DNA of 63,922 bases, counting the filler, from Neolecta irregularis DAH-3 (lineage: Eukaryota): the NCBI GenBank assembly GCA_001929475.1. It is 10 parts of 10 records of this genome, joined end to end, with 100 filler letters (N's around TTAATTAATTAA, not from the genome) between each part and the next. Parts side by side here need not be neighbours in the genome. Positions count along the whole stretch, not along the records: positions 1 to 12,423 come from LXFE01000668.1; 9 more parts are not named here. One strand, written 5' to 3'. A program made the translations under genes and the position numbers. The notes under the pieces were generated by a model. That model saw only the letters and a list, made by a program, of their open reading frames with translations, had not been told where the DNA came from and did no database searches. Shown piece by piece: positions 1 through 11,376 of the stretch (positions are counted from its first letter, which is position 1; each line of letters begins with the position of its first letter).

Positions 1-8
1 CTGGTCTG

Positions 9-50
9 GTCTACTTGGACCGTCTACTTGGACCGTCTATTTGGTCCAGT
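9..50. repeat. Short 13-bp tandem repeat (GTCTACTTGGACC x~3)
   Basis: gtctacttggacc gtctacttggacc gtctatttggtcc at the window start. Confidence 0.6.
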
Positions 51-690
51 CGGTTAGGAACGCTGATAAAAGCTAATCCGCCAAACCATTAAGAATATTC
101 AAAAACAAATCTCTATAGCTACTTGATGTTTTTTCCAGACTTTGACAGCTCATATCTACTGGTGGAAGATCCTTCATATCGCCGAGATAAGAAATATTAT
201 TATAAAGGTAATACACGTCGTAGCGCAATAACCAGCCTTTGCAGATAAACCCTATAATTGCACTCCTAATCGGAAACGCAAATGTTGGATCATTCATAAG
301 CTATAGCTGTGACTTCTCATTGCTGCGGTGATGTTTTCTGCATTTTTGATGTTTGATGTCATCGACATTCGGAGATGGGCAAGGTCTAGGGATAACATTT
401 GGCTCAAAAGAAGGGGATAAATTCATAAGAGATCTTCAGAGGTATATAATGATCGAATCTTTAGGGAGGAAAGTAATGTTTTGTTCAGCGTTGTGTACCT
501 CCTTTTTTGAATCAAGCTGAAATTATAGGTTCGGGTTACCGACTCGAATCTAGATCCCAGAACTCTCACATCTTAGTGGTCAAGGATATCTGATCTAGTC
601 GAATTATTACCAGTACTTCTCCTATTTAACGTGACAAGCCCGGAAATAGATACTCTTGACTTCGACATACCTCTTCTCTATATCGAACCT

Positions 691-1570
691 TATTTCACAT
701 CAACACGCCTCCCTGGAGCTTTGCTTTCAGCACATTAACTCTCAAACTACAACGATATCTACCTGGAAAAAGCAACTGATCTGGCGGACCGAATTCTTGG
801 TGCCTTCGATATCGAAACTGGTGTCCCGCATGGTATTATGAGCCTCCAATAAAACCATGGACTTCAGACAATCGTATTGAAGAGAGCCAAACCATCGGGA
901 TGATGATGGACTTTAAATATCTCGCTGGGTTGACAGGAGAAATTCTCTACTATGAATTTTTACAAACAATTATTAAAGGTCGCAACGTCGATATATCCTA
1001 TCTCAAAAGGTATGGTTCCCTTCTCCTTCGCGCATCAAGGCTTATTATTTATAGCCCACCTACTGGAAAATCCCAGAGTATAGATAAGACAGCTCTACCA
1101 TACTCATATTCCGAAAATCTCATCAACGCATATCTGCAAACTTCATCAGAGAATGTTCTTCTACGTCTGTTCAATCGAAAACCATCTATCCTAGAGCAGC
1201 CATCGCCCTTGGGAGCATGCCAACTTGCTCGAATATTGTATTAAGTACTGCTGAAGGTCGAGACATGGTTACCTCTCGAATGCGTGGCTGGACGAAGGAG
1301 GTGACTTGGGATTGGGAAACTTCTCTGAAAATAGCCGACCTGTGTCTGTTGAAGGAGTCTTTAGATGCAGATTTTACAGCGACCATGGTTGTCCTGTGGA
1401 GGATTAAGCGAGATAAAAGATATCGCCTTGCGGCATGGGAAACGTTCGAGGGATTAGCTCCTTTGAAACACGACTTTCGTGAATTGGTACGGCAGTGCCT
1501 ACTATTCCCCGCCTCTGAATTCATAGTTCTCATTTTACAAATTTTGTTCATTTTATTATCTGAAGAGGAT
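691..1570 (+). pseudogene. Degenerate GH47 class I alpha-1,2-mannosidase (pseudogene)
   Basis: Frame 1, 691-852, reads TSTRLPGALLSAH*LSNYNDIYLEKATDLADRILGAFDIETGVPHGIM (cf. GH47 TTIRxLGGLLSAYxLS...YLEKAxDLADRLLxAFDTxSGIP) with an in-frame TAA at 736-738. Other frames then give MDFKYLAGLTGE, SYSENLINAYLQT, VVLWRIKRDKRYRLAAWETF and LQILFILLSE, collinear with GH47 motifs. Confidence 0.75.
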
Positions 1571-3280
1571 TTGACAAAGAATAGTGTTCAGTGCGGCATT
1601 TCATATTCTTTCCATATTTCAGTTGCTTCCGACAATGAAAACCTGGGAACTTCAGGAGTTAGAAGAGATCATGGTGGAAGTTTAACACTCGCATGTCGAG
1701 TTTAATGCTATAGATTTTTAGAGTCTGGACTCATACATTCGCGGGCGCCGCCGCCGTCGCCAAGGGATCTATCAGGACACCTTGGAGACTGGATAAACGA
1801 TTTGCAGCCCTCTCTAGAGTTGAATCGAATACAAGACATATTATTAGACATGCCAATTACATTAATTTATTCAACTACATTTTGATTTGTCAGGAGAAGG
1901 CAAAATGATCTGGTCGCAGGATGTCCAGCACTCCAGCAATAATATAAGAATGAAGAGAAAAACGTTGCCGCCCTGTTATGAGTTTTATACTATTGTCTTT
2001 ATTTAGTAAATGTGGTATTGAAACAATGTAAGCTTTTAATTCCTGGGTGGTCGGGCGGTTGGACACACTGACAGCAAATACTGCGAAATACGAATTGTAT
2101 ACAACGACAACAACAAAAGCCAAGAACCCGGGCTTTTCGCCCTTGTAGGACTCATCCCATGTTCAAGGTTCCCGTATGGTCATCCTCCGTATAAGATAAA
2201 CACATTGTATCCTTTTCGACTGTCATATACACATGGAATACTTGTACTTGATCACAAAAAGAAACAGAACGTCAAGTATAGACACCACCATGAAGATCTC
2301 GGCTATAGTACCGGCCTCATTTTCCACAACTTGTGTCGCCGTAATATGATAGAAACACTTCCTTTTAAGCTCCTGTTTGTGATTACTTCCGTTACTTCAC
2401 TGTCATTTCGGTATCTTGTACGTCAGCGGATATCAACCTTCCTATCTCGTACCTGACGTTTATAATACCCCTGCTGCCTCCCGTAGCGCGGCAATGGTAC
2501 TGACACAGTCGTGATGACAAGAATGCAAGCGAGCAATGTCACGATAAACTTCATCACGTATTTGATAATTATAATTTTCGTTATATGCAAGCATTCCCCC
2601 TTTTATAGAGGATTTAGACAAAGCGCCTTATCAAGCCTCGTCGCTACTGGAGCAGTATCTGACCCCGAGCCCGAAGACGACTTATACAGACCCCAAAGGG
2701 GAAAAGCGATCTACTGCTTTGCTGAAATTCTCGAAGCTATGGAACCTTCTATCTTCCGAATCGTGTACATAACCCCGGCTAAGATAGCTATGGATTGTTT
2801 CTTGCTTTACAAAATATTGGCCTAAGAGAAGAACGGGCCGGTTCCAGATTCTTATTCTTTCCATTTGGATGGGTTGAGTCATTTTTACAAGTGGTTCAAG
2901 GTCTTCGTTGGCTAAACATATCGCCGGTCAAGCCCTAGTTCTGTGACTAATCGTGGAATGCATTCGGGGCAGGAATAACGGAACACAAAGGGGCTTTCCT
3001 TTTTGGGTGTTGAATAAGACTAGCGGGATACACAATGGTTCGTGTTAATGCAACACGTAATTCGTCATTTACCATCAATCTCGTCATATTTTGCAATTAG
3101 TCATCATTTGGATGTTCCATCCATGAGTTCCATCTTACGGTCCTTCAGTAAGCACAAGTAGAAATTTCCAGATCGAGATTCAAAGGCATCGTCTTTAATT
3201 TCACAAAGGAAATAAGAACGGATGCGAGAAATCCTTATCGACAATAGCTATCAACATTATCATTCGGTTAGACGAATAAA

Positions 3281-4397
3281 TTACAGCTCGGTACTCAAGC
3301 TGTGCGAAATCAATTTCTTGTATCCAATTACTGCTTGCTCGAGATCACTTCTCGTTACATGCTCCTTCTCTCCATGCGCTGTATGAATTGATCCAGGCCC
3401 GTACAAATATCGGAATGGTATTCCTTTGAATCGTGCATTAGGAACGTCAGTGCCGTAACTCGCAACGAAAGTCTCGAACCCTTCAACATCACAAGTAAGA
3501 TGAACAGGGTCGTAAGACGTCTCGATTTGCAACGAAGCCCCTTCAACTGAAGTGATAATCTCTTTAATCTTTGAGATGATTATCTCACGACTTGTAGATA
3601 CTCGAACAAGACACACCGCAGATCCATGAGCAGAGATGACATTTGATGCTACACCAGCACTAATTCTGCCAATGTTTATTGTCGTCGGACCAAGTTCATC
3701 TGAGAATGGTAGTTCCAGCTTTTGCAGATGATAAAGAATATCGATGAGCTTTTCATTGGCGTTTATTCCAAGGCTAGGATAACCGCTATGCGCTGCTTTC
3801 CCGCTCACATTAATAGCAAAGAGGATCATTCCCTGGATCAATTCAGCGTGCACCAGGGCAGAGTTCTTGCCTTATGTCCCCTCGCAAGTTTCAATTCTGT
3901 GGGTTCCCCAAATATAACATGCTTTGGTGATAAATTGAGCTCTTCCGTTTTCAGCATTCCATCGCCACCTTCTTCTTCCCCCACAACGAAAAGCAGCGAG
4001 ATATCCCCACTTTTGAGTCTCTTTTCTTGTATCAATTCATTCACTGCAATGATTTGACATGCCACCGAACCTTTGGCATCATTGGTTCCACGTCCATAAA
4101 TTACATCGCCTTCGGTGCGGTAGGGAATATGAGGGGGAACAGTATCAATATGACTCGTTACTAGAATATTTGCATCTCGCTTGTCGCCTAAATATGCGAA
4201 TATATTGAATCGATTTTCTCCGACTTTATTATATCAGTACTGATCGAAACTGGTTGGGCATTACCTTTTTGCGTCTCAACGGTGAAGTTCAATCCCTCAA
4301 GATAGTATTTCAACCAAATGCCCATTTTATATTCTAACCCAGTCAGTGATGGTATTTCAACGAGATGTTTGTGAAGAATCAAAAGATCAGTTGACAT
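3281..4397 (-). CDS. M20 family metallopeptidase/deacylase (ArgE/DapE-like), 3 exons
   Basis: LVEIPSLTG, SHIDTVPP, YGRGTNDAKG, VGEEEGGDG, GEPTE, GKAAHSG and GPGSIHTAH motifs. Introns at about 4214-4264 and 3833-3870 (GC-AG). Confidence 0.9.
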
Positions 4398-5163
4398 TTT
4401 GAGAAGAAAAGGCGTTGAATTGTAAGAGGTTGTAATTGCGTACAGAGCCTCAGCCCCGCGTCAAATTCCCCTAGTACTCGATCTATTGTAACTCTTTACA
4501 ATTCAGAGAACCTATTGAACTCGTTGTATCAACATACATGTGAGAAGGAGACAGAAAGTCTGTCACGCTGGCTATTCCAGGGAAATCGAGAGAAACAAGA
4601 ATACCGTTGTGAGTATCAAACCTTGGTGGTTCGTACGCCGCTGAAGGTCGTATAGCGTATGTACTAATAACAACTCGTATTGATATACAGTATCAAGCAT
4701 AGTGCGCTGGCCAAATACCCGTCCTTGCGCGCCCCTATTGCCCCCGCAATTTCCGTCACCCCTCCCGGATTCCACCCTCCACATCCAGATCCGCTGTCTC
4801 GGATTGGGAGAACGCCATTGGCTCGTGGGGTCCTCCAGGCCTGGTCCTGTCTGTACCGTCGTGTGGGGGCGGTGTGACTTGGTAGTCCCCACAACCGTAC
4901 GAAGCAATAGATATTTTTAGGCTTCAACTGACTTCTAGTCGGTTTATATTATCCGAGATGTTAGGTAAATCAATAAAAAACTCAACAGCCACAGCCTGCG
5001 TGTTATGGGCTAGAAACATCAATAATTATCATGATCTCACTTTGGTTTCCTAATCGAAAGTGTGATCAAACATGTCTCAACTTTGCAAACACGACTTATC
5101 TCTAAGTTTTGTACTCTGAGACATCCTCGTGGAAAACCTTCTCTGCATCGACAATACTTCTGA

Positions 5164-6204
5164 ATGTTCCTACAAATGAAAATCTCACTATTGTTTGGAG
5201 CTCTGTTAGAACTCTCACAATTTTCAGACCTGCTTGTGCGTTACTTAGTTGGGAGATTAGCTAGAGCAGCAACCCAAAGAGTCTCATTATGTGAATCGGA
5301 GCTAAATCCCGAAAATTTTATTTCAAATTTCGACGAACAAATGTTGACGTCAATGGCAGGATCAGGCGAAAGACCAAGACTAGTACAGATGCAAAGCAAC
5401 AGAAATATCGGAAGGCTGGAGTTTTCGGGAAAGATTGGTCGAGGTCTGAACGGTGTTGTGGATGGATACCTCCATGACGGCAAACGAATCGCCATTAAAC
5501 GGGTGCCGCATAGTTCAGGTCGATATGATTATACCCGCCTTTGTTTCAGAGTCCCAACAGAGATATCTACATGGAGACAACTGGACCATCCGAATATCAT
5601 AAAGCTCTTGTCGTTGGCTTTTGTAGAGAACACGAACGAGTGGAAACCATTCTCGTCTCTTGGAGGACTTGATACACATGTAACAACATCGATACCGTAA
5701 GAGGAACGTGATTACTTTTTCCGCCCCCGATTTCGTCAGATCATAGATGCTCTGAGATACCTTGAAAAAGCGGGTGTTGTCATGATGATATTGTCACGAA
5801 AGATATTTGGTTCAGTCGGATTCCACGTTTTTACTTTTGGATTTTGCCGTGTCGTATAGACCAGGTAATACTGGTTAATTTTGCGAAATTGTTTTGATGA
5901 ATTAGGTTGGTTGAATGGAAAATGCGATGACGTCACCGGAGCGACATTAACTTATAGGAATATGTTATTTTCTACAGTCGACATGTACCCAATTGATATA
6001 CAAATTGGCTTATATCGAGGTCTCCAAGGTGGATCTATCCAAAAGATTCTCCAGAATCAATATTGGGAAGCCCCAGGAGCGTCAGACAAAGAAGCGTTGA
6101 ATTGCATGTCAAAATCGAAAGATAGTGCCAATCATCAATACGTCTGTCCACCTTCTAGATATATGGCCTCACGAGATGGTTTACAGCTGAAGAGTTGTCT
6201 TTAA
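5164..6204 (+). pseudogene. Degenerate Ser/Thr protein kinase (probable pseudogene)
   Basis: IGRGLNGVV (Gly loop), IAIK, and EI..W..LDHPNIIKLL, then a stop at 5698-5700. Downstream, FRQIIDALRYLEKAG frameshifts into HDDIVTKDI (degenerate HRD loop), followed by LLDFA (degenerate DFG). Confidence 0.65.
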
Positions 6205-6210
6205 TAATAT

Positions 6211-7313
6211 TTATGTTAAATCGAATATCTTTTCTGCGTTCCTTCCCATAGCCTTGAGTACAAATTCGCTGTCTTGACTACTGATGGCTCGCTTGTTCAT
6301 ATTTACACTTTGCCATTCTGGTGCACTATTTAATGGAGGAAAAAAAGGATAGTCGGTTCCAAATAATATTCCTTCGTCCCCAACAAATGATCTGAGTAAC
6401 TCAAGGTTTTCTTGAGAGTATCCAACGGCATCATAAAAGAAATTATTTTTGAGGTAATAGCTGGGTAGCTCTTTCAGCCTGTTATTGACTTGAGGATCGT
6501 GCATTACGCAGCTGTCGATTCTTCCATAGAGATAGGGTAGAACGCCGCCCGAGTGAGCCAAAAGGATCTTCAGCTTTGGAAATTTGTCAAATGTGCCGCT
6601 TAATATAAGCCTCGTTACAGCAACTGTGGTCTCAAAAGGAAAGCCAAGCGCAAGAGGAAGAACGTGGCCGTTGTTTCTATCGCCATAAATGTCGCCGACT
6701 CCGAAATGGGGGTGGATGAAGGCTATAATCCCCAGCCTTTCGAGTTCTGAAAAGACAGGTAAAAAGTCTGGGTCGTCTAAACCTTTGCCTACGCCACTGG
6801 TACCCAGTATAACACCTTTCAACCCGAGCCTTTTGATATTGCCCAGTTCTTCTACGATATCGGGGACAGAAATGGGGAGGCAACCAAAAGCTGATATTCG
6901 GGGGGATGATAAAGAAAATAGATCGCAGTTGATTTCAGATGATAATTTGCGAGCTTCGTCTGAATCAAGAAAGCTAACCCATGGGTTGGCGAGACTATAA
7001 CTGTCAAACGGCATTAAGTCTTGCAATAGACCTAATGATAGAATGATCAATGGCGTGGGTATTCATAAAATTCAGGCGCGAGTCCATATCGCTGTATTCT
7101 GGTCTGATTGGTCGGCCTTGAGGAGAGGCTAATTATTTTACTAATCAATGACTAGTTCCTAGGAATTGTACATGTGTCTTCGCTTGGGAGAATAAGTAGT
7201 TGATTGTTCTCGGTAATACGAGGTGACGTCTTGCGTGATCTCAATAAAGATATGTATCGTTCGGGATAAAAGTGGGAATGAACATCCACAACAAAAGAAG
7301 ATGTCGGAAACAT
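6211..7313 (-). CDS. Isoorotate (uracil-5-carboxylate) decarboxylase, amidohydrolase superfamily, 3 exons
   Basis: Spliced product starts MFPTSSFVVDVHSHFYP (HxH metal motif). It continues with GRP, SLANPW, GVILGTSGVGKGLDDP, FIHPHFG, GHVLPLALGFPFETT, LAHSGGVLP and LFGTDYPFFPP, typical of fungal IDCase. Confidence 0.88.
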
Positions 7314-7476
7314 TTATGAGTTGAAGGTTGAGAATTGTCATTTGTACTTATGAGAAGATAGTGCAGATCCTGAGTGTCCTCATGACTACCCTCTAATCTC
7401 TGAAAGATTATAAGGAGATAAGATAAGGGCGACGTTTTAGCCTGTGGCTCAAGGTTTCATTGCCAGTACTACATCC

Positions 7477-8778
7477 ATGTTGACAACATCAGATTTTTCG
7501 ATCCCAGTAATCGATTTTGGACCATTTCTATCGTCTGATGATTCTACACAAAATGCAGTAGCCGATCAAGTTATCGATGGATTCACAAAGGCTGGATTTA
7601 TTTATCTGGTAGGGCAAGATATCGTCCCTAGTGATCTCCAACAGCGAGTATTCGACCTGGTAGTTCCAGACCACCCAAAAGATGTTCATTTTCATAGTCT
7701 GCGGAGTTCTTTGCACGGCCAATCGAAGAGAAACAAGAATTTGCATGGTCTACACCAAAAGCAAATCGTGGATATGTTTCTCTGGGTATTTTTGTCTTAG
7801 TCAAATGATTGCTTTATGACCTGTTTTGAGGTCGAGAGAAAACCTCTACTTTAACAGACCGCGATGCCATAAAGAAGTTGCGAAAGAGCACACCAGACTT
7901 GAAAGAAAGTTTTGAAATCGGAAATGAATCGGATCCTGAATATGAAGTATCAATTCGATTATAGGGTCCTCTTTTCTGACACTCTGAAGAATCACTGGCC
8001 AAAAGGTGATGACGATAGATTCAAAAAAACCATGATAAAGATGTTTCATGCTTGCTATGTGTTAGAGCTTCAAGTTCTCTCTAGTATAGCGCTCGGCCTG
8101 GGTCTGCCAAAGAATTTCTTTAGCGCGTTAGTCTCTATTCAAAAGGTAATTACTGATCGCGGAAAGTTACTGCGACGAAAAGGTTAATAACCTCCGACTT
8201 CTTCATTATCCTTCGGTTCCGAGCTCTGTATTCGAGAAAACGAATCAAACAAGAGCCAATGCACATTGCGACTATGGACTCATCACCCTCCTGTTTCAGG
8301 ACGATCAAGGAGGATTGGAAATTCAATCGCCAAGCGGGGAATATGTTCCTGCCAAACCGATAGCCGGAAGCATTATTGTTAATGCAGGTATACATTTTCT
8401 CCATTTCAAATTGAAGCTGTTAGGCGATTTGCTCGCCAGATGGTGTAACGATAGAATCAAAAGGTGATACCGCTTCGTAAATGCTGGTTAACTTTTAGTA
8501 CCCTTCATCGAGTGACCAGTCCTCCCATTAAAAATGGTCAAGACACCACCCCGGCGCGATATTCTGTGGCGGTGAGAGGAATTTTCGAAAAATATTTGAC
8601 CAATTATAGTATTTCACAAGTACAAACCGGGATGTCGATATTGAAGTCTTGGATGTATAAATCCAACACTTTTGAGAACTAACGAGTCAAGAGTTGCTGC
8701 AGCCTTGATAATCCCAAAAAGTATCCCAAGGTAAATGGTTTCGCATACTTGACGCAAAGATTGGAGGAGACATATTAA
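7477..8778 (+). CDS. Thymine dioxygenase / thymine-7-hydroxylase (2OG-Fe(II) dioxygenase), about 8 exons
   Basis: Spliced: IPVIDFGPFL, GFTKAGFIYL, WSTPKANRGYVSLGREK, PDLKESFEIG, LRLLHYP, HCDYGLITLLFQD (HxD), VNAGDLLARWCNDRIKSTLHRV, RYSVAYF (RxS), ending YLTQRLEETY*. This is collinear with Neurospora T7H as recalled. Confidence 0.85.
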
Positions 8779-9460
8779 GATCAGAGATGTTATGCAAAAG
8801 CTATTCCTAAGTTGGCAGCTTGATAGATATAAGTGGTAAATTATATCTATAACCTTGCAAAAACCAAGCAAAAATCATTGCTTTGATTGGATGATATTGA
8901 TTCAACCGCGCGCAATTACGAACACCATAAAAGAATGGTGTAGATATTTGGGGTTGGAGGTTGCGCGTATAATCGGACCAATGGCACTTGTCAGTTGTTA
9001 TACTATTATCCTACATCTTTGATATTATTTTGTGCCTTCTTGCATTTCCTCTAGTCAGGAGGAGCTGGTGAATGGTAATCATAGCAGACAGCAGTTTCAA
9101 AGATAAAGAAATACGTACAATTGCCTTTTCACACGCTTGGTGGATGTAGAAGTTGTTGTGGTTTGATATTTGCTTCAAGTGAATTCAAAATGTCTTCAAC
9201 ATTGAGATGTTGAATGGTTGTCATTCCCAGTTTTGTGTTGTGTTACCGCTTCCGGCTATCTATATCACAATCGCGGCATTTACTTTGTAAACAAAGAATA
9301 GCAGCCCAGGTCATCACATATATAATTCGTATCGCTTTTGTTGTTTCAAACATTTGAAATGGCCTCGATATTGAGTGTTTGATGGTTTGTGATACAGGGC
9401 GATGACGTACTGATTCTGGATAAAAGCCACCTCTTCCCACCGCACCATTGCCTGATAATT

Positions 9461-9759
9461 ATGTCAACCAATCAAGGTTCCCCTAGCTCCAGCTCCTCAT
9501 CTTCTTCATCAATCAGACGAGCCTCTTTTACTCTTGGTGGAGGGAATGACGGTCATGGCGGTGCCATGTTCCAAGTAAGTCTTTCAGCACATGAATAATA
9601 TTCTTACCAGGGAGAAACTCGAAAAGAAACGAACTAGAAGTATGAGTCAGAAGGAGCAGTTCGCTGGTATTGCCAAAGAGGATAGTGTATGCCATTTTTT
9701 CGCAGCACTTGTTAAGTTTCTAGATTTATGAAAGTTTCAAGAAATTCGTCTCTGGTTAG
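9461..9759 (+). CDS. Small Ser-rich hypothetical protein (about 73 aa, 3 exons)
   Basis: MSTNQGSPSSSSSSSSSIRRASF...MFQ|KLEKKRTRSMSQKEQFAGIAKEDS|IYESFKKFVSG* using GTAAGT and GTATGC donors. It carries an RRAS PKA-type site. Confidence 0.4.
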
Positions 9760-9957
9760 ATGATGCGCGTTACCACATGTTTTGGCGTCGGAATTCAGGA
9801 GTTTATCGTATTTGTATTTAGTATTCCAGAATAGCGCAAGTTCGAAAAATGATTATTGTATCTCTCATCTATTTGCCCCTTGAAAGGCCTGGTAATTAAG
9901 CCGACACTGAAGCTATTTATTTGACTATAATCGAATAATATGGGTTAACGGAGCTGG

Positions 9958-11376
9958 TCACAGTCGCTCCATCCGTCTCATAACAGCATTTGTGAATTCC
10001 TAGAAATGAGCATCTATTAAGGAAATCAAGGCGGACCTCAGTCGTAGCATGTCCTTTTAAATCCCTCGTAAGTATTTTCCCTTCTTTTATAACGTCGTAA
10101 ACTGCTGTGGAAATACGGTTGGCATGGCTCTCGAGACCGAGATGACGAAGCATCATGCATGACGAAAGAATCATAGCAGTTGGATTAGCCCATCCCTTAC
10201 CGGCAACTGCAAAGTCAGTTTATCAAAATAGCTAAACGTGGTACTATCGAGACCAACATGACGGCATCCGGGCTCAAACACAGCATAATCTCGGCCAATG
10301 CAAGCAGATGGAATAACGCCAGGTCCTCCAACCAGCGCAGCACCAACGTTTGATAAAATACTTCCATACAAGTTCTAGAGAAAAATGAGTTTCATTTACG
10401 GAAATCAAGCATACAGGCATAACGAGAACATCAAAATTCTGAGGTTTGGAAACGGCCTGCATGCTCGCATTATCCACAATCAAGTCGTTAACTTGCAAAG
10501 TAGGATATTCTTCTCCAACTTTTTGAACTGTCGATCGGAAAAGTCCGTCAGCAAGTTTCATAATGTTTGCCTTGTGGATACAGGTGACCTTCTTCCGGTC
10601 ATTTCGAAGAGCAAAGTCGAATGCAAAGCGAGCGATTCGTTCCGATTTGGCTCTGGTAACAACCTTTAGAGATTGAGTCACTCCAGGAATGGGCTAAGCA
10701 TTAATACCCCAGAGCATCAGGGGATAATTACTGAGTGTTCGAGGCCGGAATATTCACCTTCGGTGTTTTCTCTGATGATTGCAAAATCAACATTTTCGTG
10801 TCGAGTCTTGTAGCCTGGAATGTTTTTAATTAAGACTAACGAGGCATATATGTCGAGTTCCTGTCGGAGAGCGACGTTGAATGATGAATGTCCTGATCGT
10901 TCAAGAGGTGTGTGAAGGATTCCTGTAGGGTAATATCAGCTTTTGCTATCCAAGATAAAAGGTATTAGAAATCTCAAGGTGACTTGAAGATCTTGTTAAT
11001 AAAAAAGCATAAATACCTTTTAGGCCAATTTTATTCCTCTTCAAGCTTTCTACAGCATGTCTGAACATCACTTCTTTTCGACTGGCATCCGTTTGCAGAA
11101 CACCAGAAACATCGATTTGCTCCCACTGGACGGGCACATTCTCTTGTTTGAAAATCATTTTAACTGCGTCGGCGACTTCCACACCAATACCATCTCCGGG
11201 AATGAGAGTCACGGTATATTTTCCTCCATACCGGGTTGATTTGAAAATGTCGTCGGCAAGAGTTGATGCAGAACGACAAGGTTGCTACAAAAAGAACTTT
11301 AGGACTCAAACCTGCGAGAGGTTTTTTGTACCACTAAGGATTTTATTAGAGAGGACCGGACGATCATCTTGGACAT
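9958..11376 (-). CDS. IDH1: NAD-dependent isocitrate dehydrogenase regulatory subunit 1, mitochondrial, about 7 exons
   Basis: YGGKYTVTLIPGDGIG, SFNVALRQELDIYAS, RENTEGEYSGLEH, IHKANIMKLADGLF, VDNASMQ, MPNLYGSILSN and FEPGCRHVGLD motifs, with a basic N-terminal presequence. Confidence 0.95.

Noticed and set aside
4735..4760. AAATTGCGGG on the - strand resembling the group I intron P element
   Set aside because: No recognisable Q, R or S elements follow, and there is no host rRNA.
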